DNA from: Chrysomallon squamiferum
Taxonomy: Eukaryota; Animalia; Mollusca
Assembly: GCA_012295275.1 (NCBI GenBank)
Contig: CM022666.1
Location: 5,208,001 to 5,272,000, forward strand
Direction of reading: 5' to 3'
Length of the DNA: 64,000 nt
Part shown: piece by piece, positions 1-12,480 of the stretch
Position numbering within the stretch: position 1 is the first letter of the stretch
Layout: each line of letters begins with the position of its first letter
Translations under genes and position numbers: made by a program
The notes under the pieces: model-generated
Databases searched by the model: none
Seen by the model: only the letters and a program-made list of their open reading frames with translations
What the model was told of the DNA's origin: nothing

Positions 1-356
1 TCAATAGCTCTAATGTAGGGAGCAACAAAACTTTCTTTGTATCTTCGTACTAAAGAATAATATGCTAAAATGATCTGTGAGTATTCAAAGCCTGAGAAAC
101 ATGAAAGAAATACCTTCACTGGTAATATATATTAAACACAAGTATGAACACATGCAAAATCTAATAAGACTACACAGACTACATGTTTTCCTTTTGTTGT
201 TTATGGCTTAGTTGACACAGGAATAGAAATTACGCTGTACTCTTTATTTAACAATAACGACAAAAGCAATCGTAATAATAATAATAATAACATAACAACA
301 ACAACAATAACTACTGTTAGTAATACGCTTGACTCATATCTACATACAGCTCGGGT

Positions 357-523
357 GGAAAGCCCAGTTACCCGAAGAAAATTATTTTTCTCTGAACGGA
401 GGTAGACGACGTCATACGACCTTTTCAAAGTAGCTGGTATAAAAATCAACGCAGCCTGTCAAACAACGTTTCTGTCGTAGACGTGCTTCACTCCATTGTG
501 AAAACAGAGGCAGCCTAATTTAG
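357..523 (+). promoter_or_regulatory. Putative promoter and non-coding first exon of TNF-like gene 1
   Basis: kB-like GGAAAGCCC 357-365, GAS TTCTCTGAA 388-396, CRE-like CGACGTCA 407-414, TATAAAA 438-444, then an ATG-free stretch ending in donor AG|GTATGT at 523/524. All elements are conserved in the copy at 28667-28832. Confidence 0.55.
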
Positions 524-1774
524 GTATGTAAATGTTTTACTTATTTCATTTTTTATATATATTTATATAAAATTATAATTTCACTTATTTCACAGGTTAT
601 AATTATTTATATAAAAGTATAATTTCACTTATTTCATAGGTTATATATATCTATATAAAATAATAAATTCACTTTGCTGTTTAGGATTTTTCCACGCCCA
701 AATTTCGCTTGTATAATATTAAGTGATATTACATCAACTTGAAAAAATAAAACATCGCGGTAAGGTCGATAAGTTTCTAGCACATGCGTTGGCAGGTAAA
801 AATAATAACAGCCACAGAAAATACAGCCCTCATTTATTTCGCTGGTATCTCGAAAATCTGCAAAATGCACGTACAAGTCGTACCACTGGCACCTTAATGT
901 AACAGTTCTATGGTTAAAAAGCAGGAAAACTGAGTTATCAGATTCACGTTGCGATCTATAAACAATAACGTTCACGATAGTTTGAATTTCTGTCACTGAG
1001 AGGAAACCAGCCCTGGACGTGATCTTTCGAGGACGATACAATATCAGCAAAGAGAGCGGATATGTAGAATGAGGACCTGGCAAGCTTTGACACATTTTTT
1101 CTGCCTTTGCACTAAACCAACTAGCCAAGGTTTTAGGAACGGAGAAAGAGAGCATTACCTCAGCTTATTTTGTTTTTTTGATCGGAGCAAAAATGTTTAC
1201 AGAAGTGTTTCAAGAACCAGACGATCTACTACGAAGGTGATTAAATGTGTTCATCAAACTTTGACAGTAGTTTAGTCAAGGTATTTTCCTTCTTGCTTGT
1301 CAAATCTGATCTCCGCTGGTTTACGAGAACATCGAACCGCCATTAAGCCCTACCCGAGTTCACCGAGTGCTGTTGTTCGTTTTTTAATTTTTCACAATAA
1401 AAACACATTTTAGTGATTTAATTAAATCATCAACATCTATGGAGCCGAAACTGTTTTCGAATTTCTTGGAAAAATAAGATGGTTTGGCTGTAGATTACTG
1501 GAAACAAGCCATCATCGCCTTCATTAGTCACGTGATCACAATATTACCACCTGTTTGCATATTTATTCCACTTCAGGGCACTGAATGTTTATTGCGCTTT
1601 GACACATTATGTTACCTCGAGCTGTTTTTCTGTCACTTTAATTTTTTTACATTGTTTTCTTTGCTAGAAAGTTATGTCTTTGATTGCCAATCTACCGTCA
1701 CACTTTCCTTTTTTTTTTTGAGAGAAAAAAGATATTTATTATTATAATTTTTTTAAATTTCCTCCTCTTTCCAG

Positions 1775-1923
1775 TGATATAAATAACTTCGATTGAAAAA
1801 CTCTCCTCTTTACATTCTTCAGCCATTGGAGACACACTTTGTGGTATCACGTGTCCAAGGTTTACATCAGGAGGATTATCTGCTCCATTACACATCGCTG
1901 TGCTGTCATATTGGATTTCAGTG
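1775..1923 (+). other. Candidate second 5'-UTR exon of TNF-like gene 1
   Basis: Pyrimidine-rich acceptor CCTCCTCTTTCCAG ending 1774, donor GTG|GTGAGT at 1923/1924, no ATG inside; absent from gene 2. Confidence 0.4.
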
Positions 1924-2392
1924 GTGAGTATTTGTACACAGTGGTTTACTAGGCATTCACTGAAAATTGAAAAATCAAGCTTGGCATTTTATTTATTTTT
2001 ATTTTTTTTTTTTTTTTTATTTTTTTTTTTTTTTGACCTCACACAAAACATTATCGATGTAATTATATCTTGGTATTATTTATTTTAATTTATTTTCTCT
2101 TTGAAGGAATGTTATATAGAACTATATGTACGTGTGTGTACTGTTTGTGAATTTGTCTTGGTAATAGTTATTATTTTATTTATTTATTTAACCATTCTTA
2201 AAAAACCTTTTTATTTACACAAGTTAATTTTTTTTTGTTTTGTTTTTTTGTTTCCTGGAATAATGTTATATATAAGTGTATATATTGTATGTGCGTATTT
2301 ATCTTGGTATTATTTATTACTACTCACAACTGTTTTTCTTATGGTCGTGTTTTACAGACTACTTCGAAAGGAATTAAAAGTTCTTACACAAA

Positions 2393-3533
2393 ATGGTACC
2401 AATTCGTCCAGTCATAGCCATTTCTCTTATGGTACTAAACTTCATACTCATCAGTTTCATTGTATCTGAAACATTAAACGAATTTCTGAACAGAGAAACC
2501 AACTTGTTGTTTGACAAGGAACTGTGTGTGAAAATCTCGTGCAAACCAGGAGAAAACTGTTGTGATGACAAATCTACGAACAGAACCAGGAACAATACCA
2601 CGTATTGCTGTTACAATGATGGAGAAAAAGTGATCAGTAAAATTATGAAACTGGTAAATTGTGCTTTAATTTATTTTAAAAATCCATGAATACATTAAAT
2701 ACAAATTATAAATAAATAAATAAATAAATATATAAAATAAAATGTTTGTATGTAATTAAGATATAAGTAAGTTCTGTACAAAAATAAAAAAAATTTAAGT
2801 TCATTATACATAAAAAAATAAAAATAGGAAAAAGATAAAAAGAAAATGGTGTTATGTAGATATGAAATTAAGATACAGGTAAATTCTGTATAAAGATATT
2901 TAAAAGTTAAATTCATCCATTATAAATGAAATTTAAAAACAGAAGATTTATATACGTTTAATAATATTCGAATTATGAAAAGGAGATATTCATTGTCTTG
3001 AAAAATATTTATAAATTTAAAAGTGATTATTGTGGATGAGCTTCAAACTGGTTATTAATATTCTTTTTAGAAACTGAATGAAAGTGAAACAAAAGCTGAG
3101 AAACGTGGTAAGTTAACACAGACACACATATTTAAATATCTACAAACGTTTTTATAATTATGTATTTGTATGTGTGTATGTGTGTACCATTTTATGTACG
3201 CATATATACGTGTGTATATGTGTGTGCATATTTCAGAAAAACAATTTAAGCAGATCAGAGATGTCGCTTATCTTCTGAATTTAGGTAATATAAATATGTG
3301 TAAGAGTATATGTACATATGTATCTATGTATTTATACATGTATCAATGTATATATATGTGTGTGTTTATGAGTGTCTGTATATATATATTTCAGAACAAG
3401 ACCTTAAGCAGATCAAGGAGTGGACTTACAATCTGAATAATGAAAACAGTGATAAGACATCGGCTCATCTACAAATGGAAGTGAATGCAACTTATGACAA
3501 AAGTAAGAAAGGAAATAGTAGCAGCAATAATAA

Positions 3534-3569
<36 letters not shown>

Positions 3570-4334
3570 AGTAGTAGTAGTGGTAGTAGTAGTAGTAGAA
3601 ATAGTAGTAGCAGTAATAGTACTCAGTTAAAAGACATGATTTGATAATAAATGTGGTAGTAGTAAAATAGAAGTAATCGTAGTCGTTACTTAAAAAATTG
3701 GTCTTGTAAAATTAATAGTAGTAGTTATCACTTAGTTATTAGCAGTGGTTAGAAAATAATACTAGAAATTGTTATAACAATAATACTATCAGTGCTACTA
3801 GTGATAATATCAGTTATTCTGGTAAAGTAGTTAATAGCGGAAGTTTGTAGTTATAGAAATATATATTAGTAATACTAACTACAAATATTGACAATTTAAA
3901 ATAAAAATATCATTTAAAAATAATTTATTTTTGCAACCTTTTCAGACACACCGAAGCCTCTCATCAAATGGACGTCGTCTGGTAAAAGATCGTTTGTGAA
4001 AGGAGGTGTGGTTGTTGTCGCTGACGGGATTCAAGTCAAACACTCTGCTTACTACTTCATATACAGCAACGTTTTATTCCATGCCAACCAAGTCAGAGAG
4101 CTAGAATACGCTAGGCTGTGTCACTCAATTGAAATATATCCAAATTATGAAGTCCTCTACAGAAATCCTCAAACAACATGCAAAGTACGAAGACACCAGG
4201 AAGGTTTTGTTCAATCCTACATTGGAGCTATTTACAAACTGAAAGCCAACGACACTGTAGTGGTGAGAACATCAGTTGTGAACAGAATTTTGAGAGATCC
4301 ACAGACAACCTACTTTGGTCTGTATATGCTGTAA
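2393..4334 (+). CDS. TNF superfamily ligand, copy 1 (type II membrane protein, 280 aa). Coding exons 2393-2653, 3071-3107, 3237-3284, 3395-3502, 3946-4334
   Basis: All GT-AG junctions are phase-compatible (0,1,1,1) and total 843 nt; in-frame TAA upstream at 2375. N-terminal TM (VIAISLMVLNFILISFIV), Cys-rich stalk, and TNF homology domain motifs SAHL, LIKW, YYFIYSNVLF, SYIGAIYKLKANDTVVV, TYFGLYML. Confidence 0.92.
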
Positions 4335-4496
4335 AATTGTTACGAGAGGCCTGAATTATAACTGTTCATATATAATTTTCTGTACGCCCACTGTACCTAT
4401 GGACTTGTATACATAAAACGAACCCTTTATTTTAACATTATCGTGAAACATTTATATTAGACATACTTGAATCTTTCTTGAAAGTCTTCAGTGGGG

Positions 4497-4552
<56 letters not shown>

Positions 4553-6561
4553 TATTAATAATAATAATAATAATAATATTAATAATTATTTGTGGTTGTT
4601 TGTGAACTGTTGGTATATCTAACCTTTTTAAATGTATTTTTATATTTTTTCCATTACTAATTAGTTATGCTATTGGAATATGATTTAAAATGATTACATA
4701 ATTGCTGGCGACACATGAACTGAATAAGAGCAATTAACAACGAAGCGCAGGAAGCCTCATTCAATCAGTACTACTGTACTATGAGACATTATTAGTGTAC
4801 TATTAGGCATTGTTACTGTACTGTTAGGCATTGTTATTGTATTGCAGTGCACAAAGCCACGCAGTTTGCCCAGGACAGATTTGTATCACTGGATCCCGAG
4901 AGTCATGAATAATAACAAGTAATAGATACTTTTCTGTTACTTGCTTGCTATTACAAAATTACAAAATATTTTTACAACACACTGGGTTTTCCACCCAAGC
5001 TATAAATAAGTTGTCAGGTCACTAGGTAAAGTTATCAACCGAATTATTAATAGACGGATTTAGAAAGTTTGAATCTACTATTATTGATATAAATAAATAG
5101 ATCTGCTGTTGTGGTTGTTGTTGTTATTGTTGTTGAAAATGAACATGAACACCGATACATTTTTCAATTTTTATTATTATTATTTTTCAGGTCTGTTCAT
5201 TAACAAAGCAGTAACTAGGTCACGAACGCCATTTGCAAGACAGTGCACCCATTCATAAAACTGTTTTAAAAATGTGTGTGTATGAGTGTGTGTTTCTTAA
5301 GATTAAGGTTTCAGAGAAATAATAAATAACATTCTTCTAGAACTGAGCTTTCCATCCAGGCTATAAATTTTACTTCATAATCAGTAATAAATAAAGCTTG
5401 TAAAACATTAAAAAAAAAATGTGAAAAAAAAAATGTGAAAAAAAGACAAATGTATAATTAGTTAAAAACAATGGTAAAAAGTAAATAAATATTTAAAAAA
5501 ACAATGATTAAAATTAAAGTTAAAAAAATGTATAAGAGTATATGTGTGTGTGCGCGCGCACAGTATGATAGTAAATGATAGTAAAAACACTATACACTAT
5601 TGCGCGTCCTAACGCTTGCTAATACGCATGCGCATTTATTGAAAATTATGTCCAAACCGTAAATAAAATGTATGAAAAACTGGTTTGTTTCACTAGTATT
5701 TAGACCCGATTCAACGTCATGTTTTAGCCAATATAGCGTAGCCAACCAAAATGGTTGCGTTTTCAGGCTGTCTGAGCAAACCTATAAGGAGTAGTATTTC
5801 GGGCATTTTAAAGTTAGGGAAATAAGAAGAAAGCAACACGAAAACATTTTGTGAAGCAATATTTCTGTATTCATATTTCTGGCAATCTGCCTTACATATC
5901 ATCATAGTCATGTCCACTCCAAGAACAAAAGCTGTCCCAAAACTAATCCTACATCTAAAGAGGCATGCGCGGAGAAGTGACAGGAAGTTATTAATTAACA
6001 TAATTTATATATATAATCATGCATTTCATGAGACGTTGTTCTCTGCTTTTTAAATAAGATTTTTTTTTAATAATTTCAGTTTTTATTATCTCTGAAGTGT
6101 CAAGAACGTTGTATTTACGTTTATATGAGATGGAAATATCACCAACGTAGAATGAAATTTACAGACTGCTGTCAAAAATAAGTTATTGGTTACATGATTC
6201 GCTTGGCTGGTCCTAGTGTAGTAAATATTATGCGATGGAGTGATCGTTGACTTTAACGACATCACTAAGTACATTTTTAATCAACCGTTATATAACCCCA
6301 CATTTACTGTTAAAGACCAGATAGATATACATCGTAAGATAAAATTCTACACCGAAAAACAATGCAGGCTACTCTGTTTTGAAAAAAGGTAGGAATAATT
6401 GATATGCATATATATATATATATGTTTATTTTTATATGAAATAAATAAACAGAACAAGAAAAATAACTTTTTAATAAATCAATGGAAAATAAAATATATT
6501 ACAGTCATTTATCTGATTATCACACAGTTAATATTTTGTTTTAATTTTATTTTTCATCCAG

Positions 6562-7127
6562 GTAGTCTAAACACTTTTTATCTCAAATGCTGTTGTCACT
6601 GTAGTTGTGTGTCTCCTTTTGCTTATTATTATTGTTTAAGAGTATATATATGTTTCTGTCTGATATGTGTATCCATGGTTGTATGTTCGTGTCTATTAAT
6701 ACGTGAGTATTAGTGTAAGCTTGTTGTGAATATATATATACTAAGGAAGACAACTCTTTCATACTCAAGGACCTTCATCTCAAAAATGCTTGTTGTTGTT
6801 AATATAATATCGTTATTATTATTATATTTATTAGTATTGTTTTTGTTGTTGTTAATGTAATACCATTATTAGAATTATTTGTACTATTATTGTTATTGCT
6901 GTTGTTATTTATGGCTATCGTTATTCTAATTATTGTTGTTGATGAAATTTTTGGGCAGTTAATATTTTCTTCTAGTTTTATTTTTCATCCAGGTAGTCCA
7001 AACAATTTTTATCCCAAATGCTGTTGTCACTGTAGTTGTGTGTCTCATTGTTTATGGCGGTGTACACGTGTCAGAGGTTGTGCTAACCAAACAAAGTTTC
7101 AACAGACTGGGTCTCCATTATGATATT
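6562..7127 (+). pseudogene. Gene B exon relics (partial exon at 6562; full 135-nt exon 6993-7127)
   Basis: 6993-7127 reads VVQTIFIPNAVVTVVVCLIVYGGVHVSEVVLTKQSFNRLGLHYDI between CAG and GTAAGT, paralogous to 10343-10477; neighbouring exons are missing. Confidence 0.65.
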
Positions 7128-7249
7128 GTAAGTGTGATCTGTGAGTTTATTTATTTATTTTTAAATACTTCTTTTTTCAGTTGATTTCTTTTTTTAATCC
7201 GTATGTAACGAAATGGAAGAAAAGGTACAGAATGACGTAATTTGAACAT

Positions 7250-7760
7250 CCAGGGATACAGTATTATTCCAGTACAGTACATACCATGTAACTTATATAT
7301 CCAGGTAGGGATACATTATTAAAGATTAATTGAGTACAGTACTTTTCATGTAAATTTATATTCCAGGCGAACGGTATTAAAGATTAATAGATTCCAGTAC
7401 ACACCATGCATTTTACATATCCACGGAGAAAGTATTAAAGATTATATAATAGAGAATACAGTATATACCATGGAATTTATATATCCAGGGAAATGATATA
7501 AAAGATTAATAAAATACATACCATATATATCCAGGGATTAAATGTTAACAGAGTGCAGTACATACCATGTAATTTATATATCCAGGAATACAGTACTAAA
7601 GATTATATAACAGAGTACAAAACATACCCTGTAATTTATATATCCAGGGATACAGTACTAAAGATTATATAACAGAGTACAAAACATACCATGTAATTTA
7701 TATATCCAATGATTTAGCATTACATTTTATTCCAGTAAATACACAGATATCATTTATATA
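7250..7760. repeat. Degenerate ~50-60 bp minisatellite (CAGTACATACCATGTAATTTATATATCCAG core) in a gene B intron
   Basis: Repeated core visible; related arrays at ~10620-11250, 35500-36330, 42390-42850, 54600-55340, 60650-60830. Confidence 0.8.
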
Positions 7761-8194
7761 TCGAAGAATATAATATTACAGATTCAGTATAGTAAATATT
7801 ATGTATCCTGTGTATCATCCTATGGTGTAGAGTTTACTGTGTATATATTAGTGTGTATATTAATAAAAACAGATTATTTTAGATAGCTTGTATTCTGTGT
7901 ATAATTTTATAAATGAGGTCCTATGTATAAATGAATACCTTAATGTGTATAGTCAAGGATATAATATTAAAGATTATTACAATACAGTACATACCATGTA
8001 ATTTATAATTCGGTTTAAAATAAAACAATATTATGAAATATTAACTGTTCACTTCCAGAAAGAAATATTTAGTTCATTTGTCAAAAGTAAAAGTTTACAA
8101 ATTAATTTACTGTCAGAGTATTTTTAAAGTTAAAATTAGCAGGTCACAGAATGTTTACCGCTGTCTGGTGACCTCATCAAACGATTCTTTATTC

Positions 8195-8294
8195 GACTTT
8201 CCAGTGATAACGTGCACAGTTTCGCTTGTCGTTCTACTTTATCTGACTTTCCAGTGATAACGTGCACAGTTTCGCTTGTCATTCTACTTTATCT
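8195..8294. repeat. 50-bp tandem duplication
   Basis: GACTTTCCAGTGATAACGTGCACAGTTTCGCTTGTC(G/A)TTCTACTTTATCT occurs twice in direct succession. Confidence 0.85.
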
Positions 8295-8833
8295 GACAAC
8301 TTTTCACTTGACGATGTTTCGTTAGACGCTAAAATGTATATGAGATGAAACCAAAAGAAACGAAAACAGTTTCAGTGATGTTCACGTTGTTAAAAGATTA
8401 AGGCGTGTCTTCCTCCTTAAACAGTAGAAACGTGGCCTGTATAAACAGAAAGAAAGAAAGAAGAGAGAGAAGAAAAATAAAGACGATGAAAAAAACAGAG
8501 AATGAAAGAATGTATTCAGTAATGATAAAAAGTTTTATCAAATAAAATTTTAAAACTGCAAGTGCATTTTTTTTATGTGAGAACTCAGATTATGTTTGTA
8601 TATATCTGAGTGTGTTTAATAGAATAATAGAAGGAATATTTTTTCTTATATTAGTTAAAATTCAAATTTTATTTGATATGAATTGTTTTATATTCACAGT
8701 GGCATCAGATTCTCTGAGATATTATTTACATATGTGTATAGAGATTTGCATCCATAATCTTTAAGATATAACTGGAATTTAGTTGTGTCATAACAAAACT
8801 TTTCATTGCAATAACATAAAATAAAAATCTGAG

Positions 8834-8879
<46 letters not shown>

Positions 8880-8904
8880 CATGGATATTAGTAAAAGTAA
8901 ATAT

Positions 8905-9284
8905 TGTCTTTCACAATCACTGGTTCTGACCTGTCTTTGAGTCAAATCAAGGGGAGATAATCCATGCTGCCAAACAGCGAAAACGTCAAAGCGGAGTGAA
9001 GTGAAATTCAGTGACAGCGTTCTGTGTGATATTCGGTTTGATGTTTGTGGTTGATATTTTGTTGTTTGCTCATCGGATGGCCAAGACAATCTCGTTCGCT
9101 AAGCTTCTCCTGTACGGGTACCTGAGTATGTGGATTATAAGGAAACAGGTAATTAATTATTTGTTTATGGACACTTCAGTGCATATTATTATTAGTAATT
9201 AATGAAACATATTTAATTTCTGATTGAAGTTTAACACATTTATTGTGTATGATTAGTAGGTCAAAGATATGTAAATTAATTTTT

Positions 9285-9321
<37 letters not shown>

Positions 9322-9834
9322 TGATGATGATGATGATAATAACAACAACAGCAATATTTACAAAGTACTACTAATAATAACAGGTTAACATTTAAATAAA
9401 ATTAGTTAGGTTTTATTTGTTATATTGTTAAATTACTTTTTATATCAGTTATTTTAATACGTAATTTGATCATTCTCATTATTACTGCAAATACTGTTAT
9501 TACTAAAACTAGTACTACTACTATGTCTACTGCTACACTACTACTGCTATTACTAATACTAATACTGTTGTTTTTATTATGACTAGCGCCACTACTATTA
9601 TTACTATTACTTCTACTATTTCTATTAATTTTATAATTATTATTACACATACTACCACTCTTATTGCAACAACACCAACTACTGCTACTACCACTACTAA
9701 TACTGCTATTATTATTGTTATTATTATTATTAATCATTATTATTATTATTATTAATTATTATTATTAATTATTATTAGTAGTAGTAGTAGTAGTTGTAGT
9801 AGTAGTAGTTGTAGCAGTGGTGGTGGTGGTGGTG

Positions 9835-9870
<36 letters not shown>

Positions 9871-10079
9871 GTTATTATTGTTGTTGGTATTGTTTATTTA
9901 CACTATTAGACACCCAGTATTTCTATAATACAAACTATGAATTATCTTGACAGCTGATGATGAAGGTGACGATGATGTATTGAGAGAGAAAACTGAAAAA
10001 CCTAAATCTCTGTTTGAAAATATTCGACTAGGTGTTAAGAAATTCTGTATTCAGTTCAGTACTACGTTTACCTGTCTCC

Positions 10080-10130
<51 letters not shown>

Positions 10131-12237
10131 AATGCTAAGGAAGACAACTCTTTCATACTCAAGGACCTTTATCTCAAGAAATGCTTGTTGTTGCTATTGT
10201 TGTTAATGTAATATCATTATTATCACTATTATTACTATTACTGTTATTGTTGTTGTTATTTATAACTATTATTAATGTATAATTGTTATTGATGAACTTT
10301 TTTCCAAGCTAATATTTTGTTTTAATTTTATTTTTCATCCAGGTAGTCCAAACACTTTTTATATCAAATGCTGTTGTCACTGTAGTTGTGTGTCTCCTTG
10401 TTTATGGAAGTGTACATGTGTCAGAGGTCGTGCTAACCGAGCAAAGTTTGAAAAGACTGGGTCTCCATCACGCTATGGTAAGTGCTAACTGTGAGTTTAT
10501 TTATTTATTTTTGAATAATTTAAAAAATAACTGGTCATACCTCTTTTTTTAGATGACTTTTTTTTATCCATATGTAACTAGAAATAAGACAAAAGTTGGA
10601 GAATAATATAGTTTAAATATCCAGAATACAGTATTATTCTAGTACATTACATGTCATATAGTTTATATTTACAGGGAGACAGTATTAAACATATAATTAA
10701 GTACAGTACATACCAAGTAATTTATACATCTAGAGATAAGCTGTTAAAGATTAATAGACTGCAGTACATACCATGTAATTTATATATCCAGTATTAAAGA
10801 TTAATAGAGTGCAGTACATACCATGTAATTTATGTATCCAGCATTAAAGATGAATAGAGTGCAGTGCATACCAGGAATATTGATATAAATAATATATAAT
10901 AAAATACAGTACCTACCATGTAATTTATATATTCAAAGATATAATATTACAGATTCATTATTGCGAACAATATGTATTCTATGTATCATTTTATAAATAA
11001 ATGAGGTCCTGTGGTGTAGAGTATAAATGAATACATTAATTGTATATCCAAGGACATAATATACAAAATTATTACAGTACATATCATATAACTTATATAT
11101 CCAGGAATACAGTATTAAAGATTAATAGAGTGCAGTACATACCATGTAATTTATATACCAAGTGATACAGTATTATTCCAGTACGGTAACCTTAAAGATC
11201 GTTACAATACAGTATATATCCTGTAACTTACAAATCAAATGATATAATATTAAAGATTCAGCTTAGCAAATACCATGTATACGATATTATAAAACTGACA
11301 TACTGTGGTTTAGAATATACAGTGTATTTGAATATATATTTTTTCTTAATTTCAGGATTCATTCATAGACCTCCAAGCTGAAATGATCAACAGTCGACTT
11401 GTTTCTCATGCAGAACAAATAAACACAGTGGAACTTCCTTTGTACCAGAGCTGGATGTCAGCGTATATAGAACGTCATGAACGTGCACTGCAACTACACC
11501 AGCAGCAGCTGACAACACTGCAGTTTGTACACAATGAGACGTACTGCACCTATTTGGTCAACCTCGGCATGGACATCAAGATTATCAATTATTATTTGTA
11601 CATATCTGAGTGTGTTTAGCAACCTTAAAGACACTAATACAAGTAATATGTTTTCTTATCTTTGTTTAAATTTTAATGATCTGTTTTTGCAATTTACTTT
11701 CACAGGACGGAGAGACCAGACATTGTAGAAAACCAACTTGACGCTTTACTCACTGCATCCAGGCGCATCGTCATGGATACAGCTCAAATTGTTGTTGTAT
11801 TTTTGTCCATTGTAGTGCTCAAGGAACTGTTTGGTTCGGTTTTATGGATCTACATAAGAAGGTAAATTATTTCTGTCTAAGATGGTCTCTGGAATATTTT
11901 TTTCTTTTAATTTCAGTTGTAAAGAATATTCTTTTATTTGTTTGTTTGTGATCATTATAGTTACTTTACTGTTATCATTATTAGTTAAACTATTGATTTA
12001 TTGAATTAATGAATCAATATGTTTGTGTATAGTTTTATTTAATTTACAGTTGTTATTATTTAATTACTTATCCTTATTAATTATTAATGAATATATATAT
12101 ATATATATATATATATGAACTAAACTTATTCCATGAAATTAATTATTCTTTTTTTACTTTCTCTTTTTTCATCTTTTAACAGATCTGGTTTTGTCAGGCT
12201 AAGAATACTTTTTGAAACCAGCGAGGATCAGACATGA
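8905..12237 (+). pseudogene. Gene B copy B1: uncharacterised multi-pass membrane protein, lesioned. Exons ~8905-9148, 9954-~10079, (10129-10207?), 10343-10477, 11356-~11578 (3'-truncated), 11706-11861, 12183-12237
   Basis: Canonical splice sites and compatible phases from 10343 onward. Peptides VVQTLFISNAVVTVVVCLLVYG..., DSFIDLQAEMINSRL..., TERPDIVENQLDALL...TAQIVVVFLSIVVLKELFGSVLWIYIR, SGFVRLRILFETSEDQT*. The large exon has lost its 3' ~95 nt and donor relative to 36459-36775. The 5' boundary is approximate. Confidence 0.7.
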
Positions 12238-12480
12238 AAAGAAATTAATTTAAAACCTAAAAAGATTACATTCTCATAATTAATAACAAAGGTTGTCATG
12301 GCCATCATCCTACATCATCATTCAGATTTTCAATGTCAACCTCATCGTTGATAATTTTATTGTCTACATCATCATCCAGAATTTTATTAACAAAATAATC
12401 ACTGACATTCCTCATCGTTCACAAAAGATGGACTCTGCTTCAGGTTTTATTTACTATTATTTTAGGTTTTACTCACATTA

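Noticed and set aside
634-1155. 173-aa minus ORF in TNF intron 1
   Set aside because: No recognisable motif, and the paralogous region (28899-29141) is disrupted.
2393-4334. Specific orthology such as TNFSF10, FASLG or eiger
   Set aside because: THD motifs support only superfamily membership; orthology needs a phylogeny, so no gene symbol is given.
4848-4912. Possible extra exon after TTGTATTGCAG (HKATQFAQDRFVSLDPESHE*)
   Set aside because: Single copy, no recognisable homology, absent from TNF copy 2.
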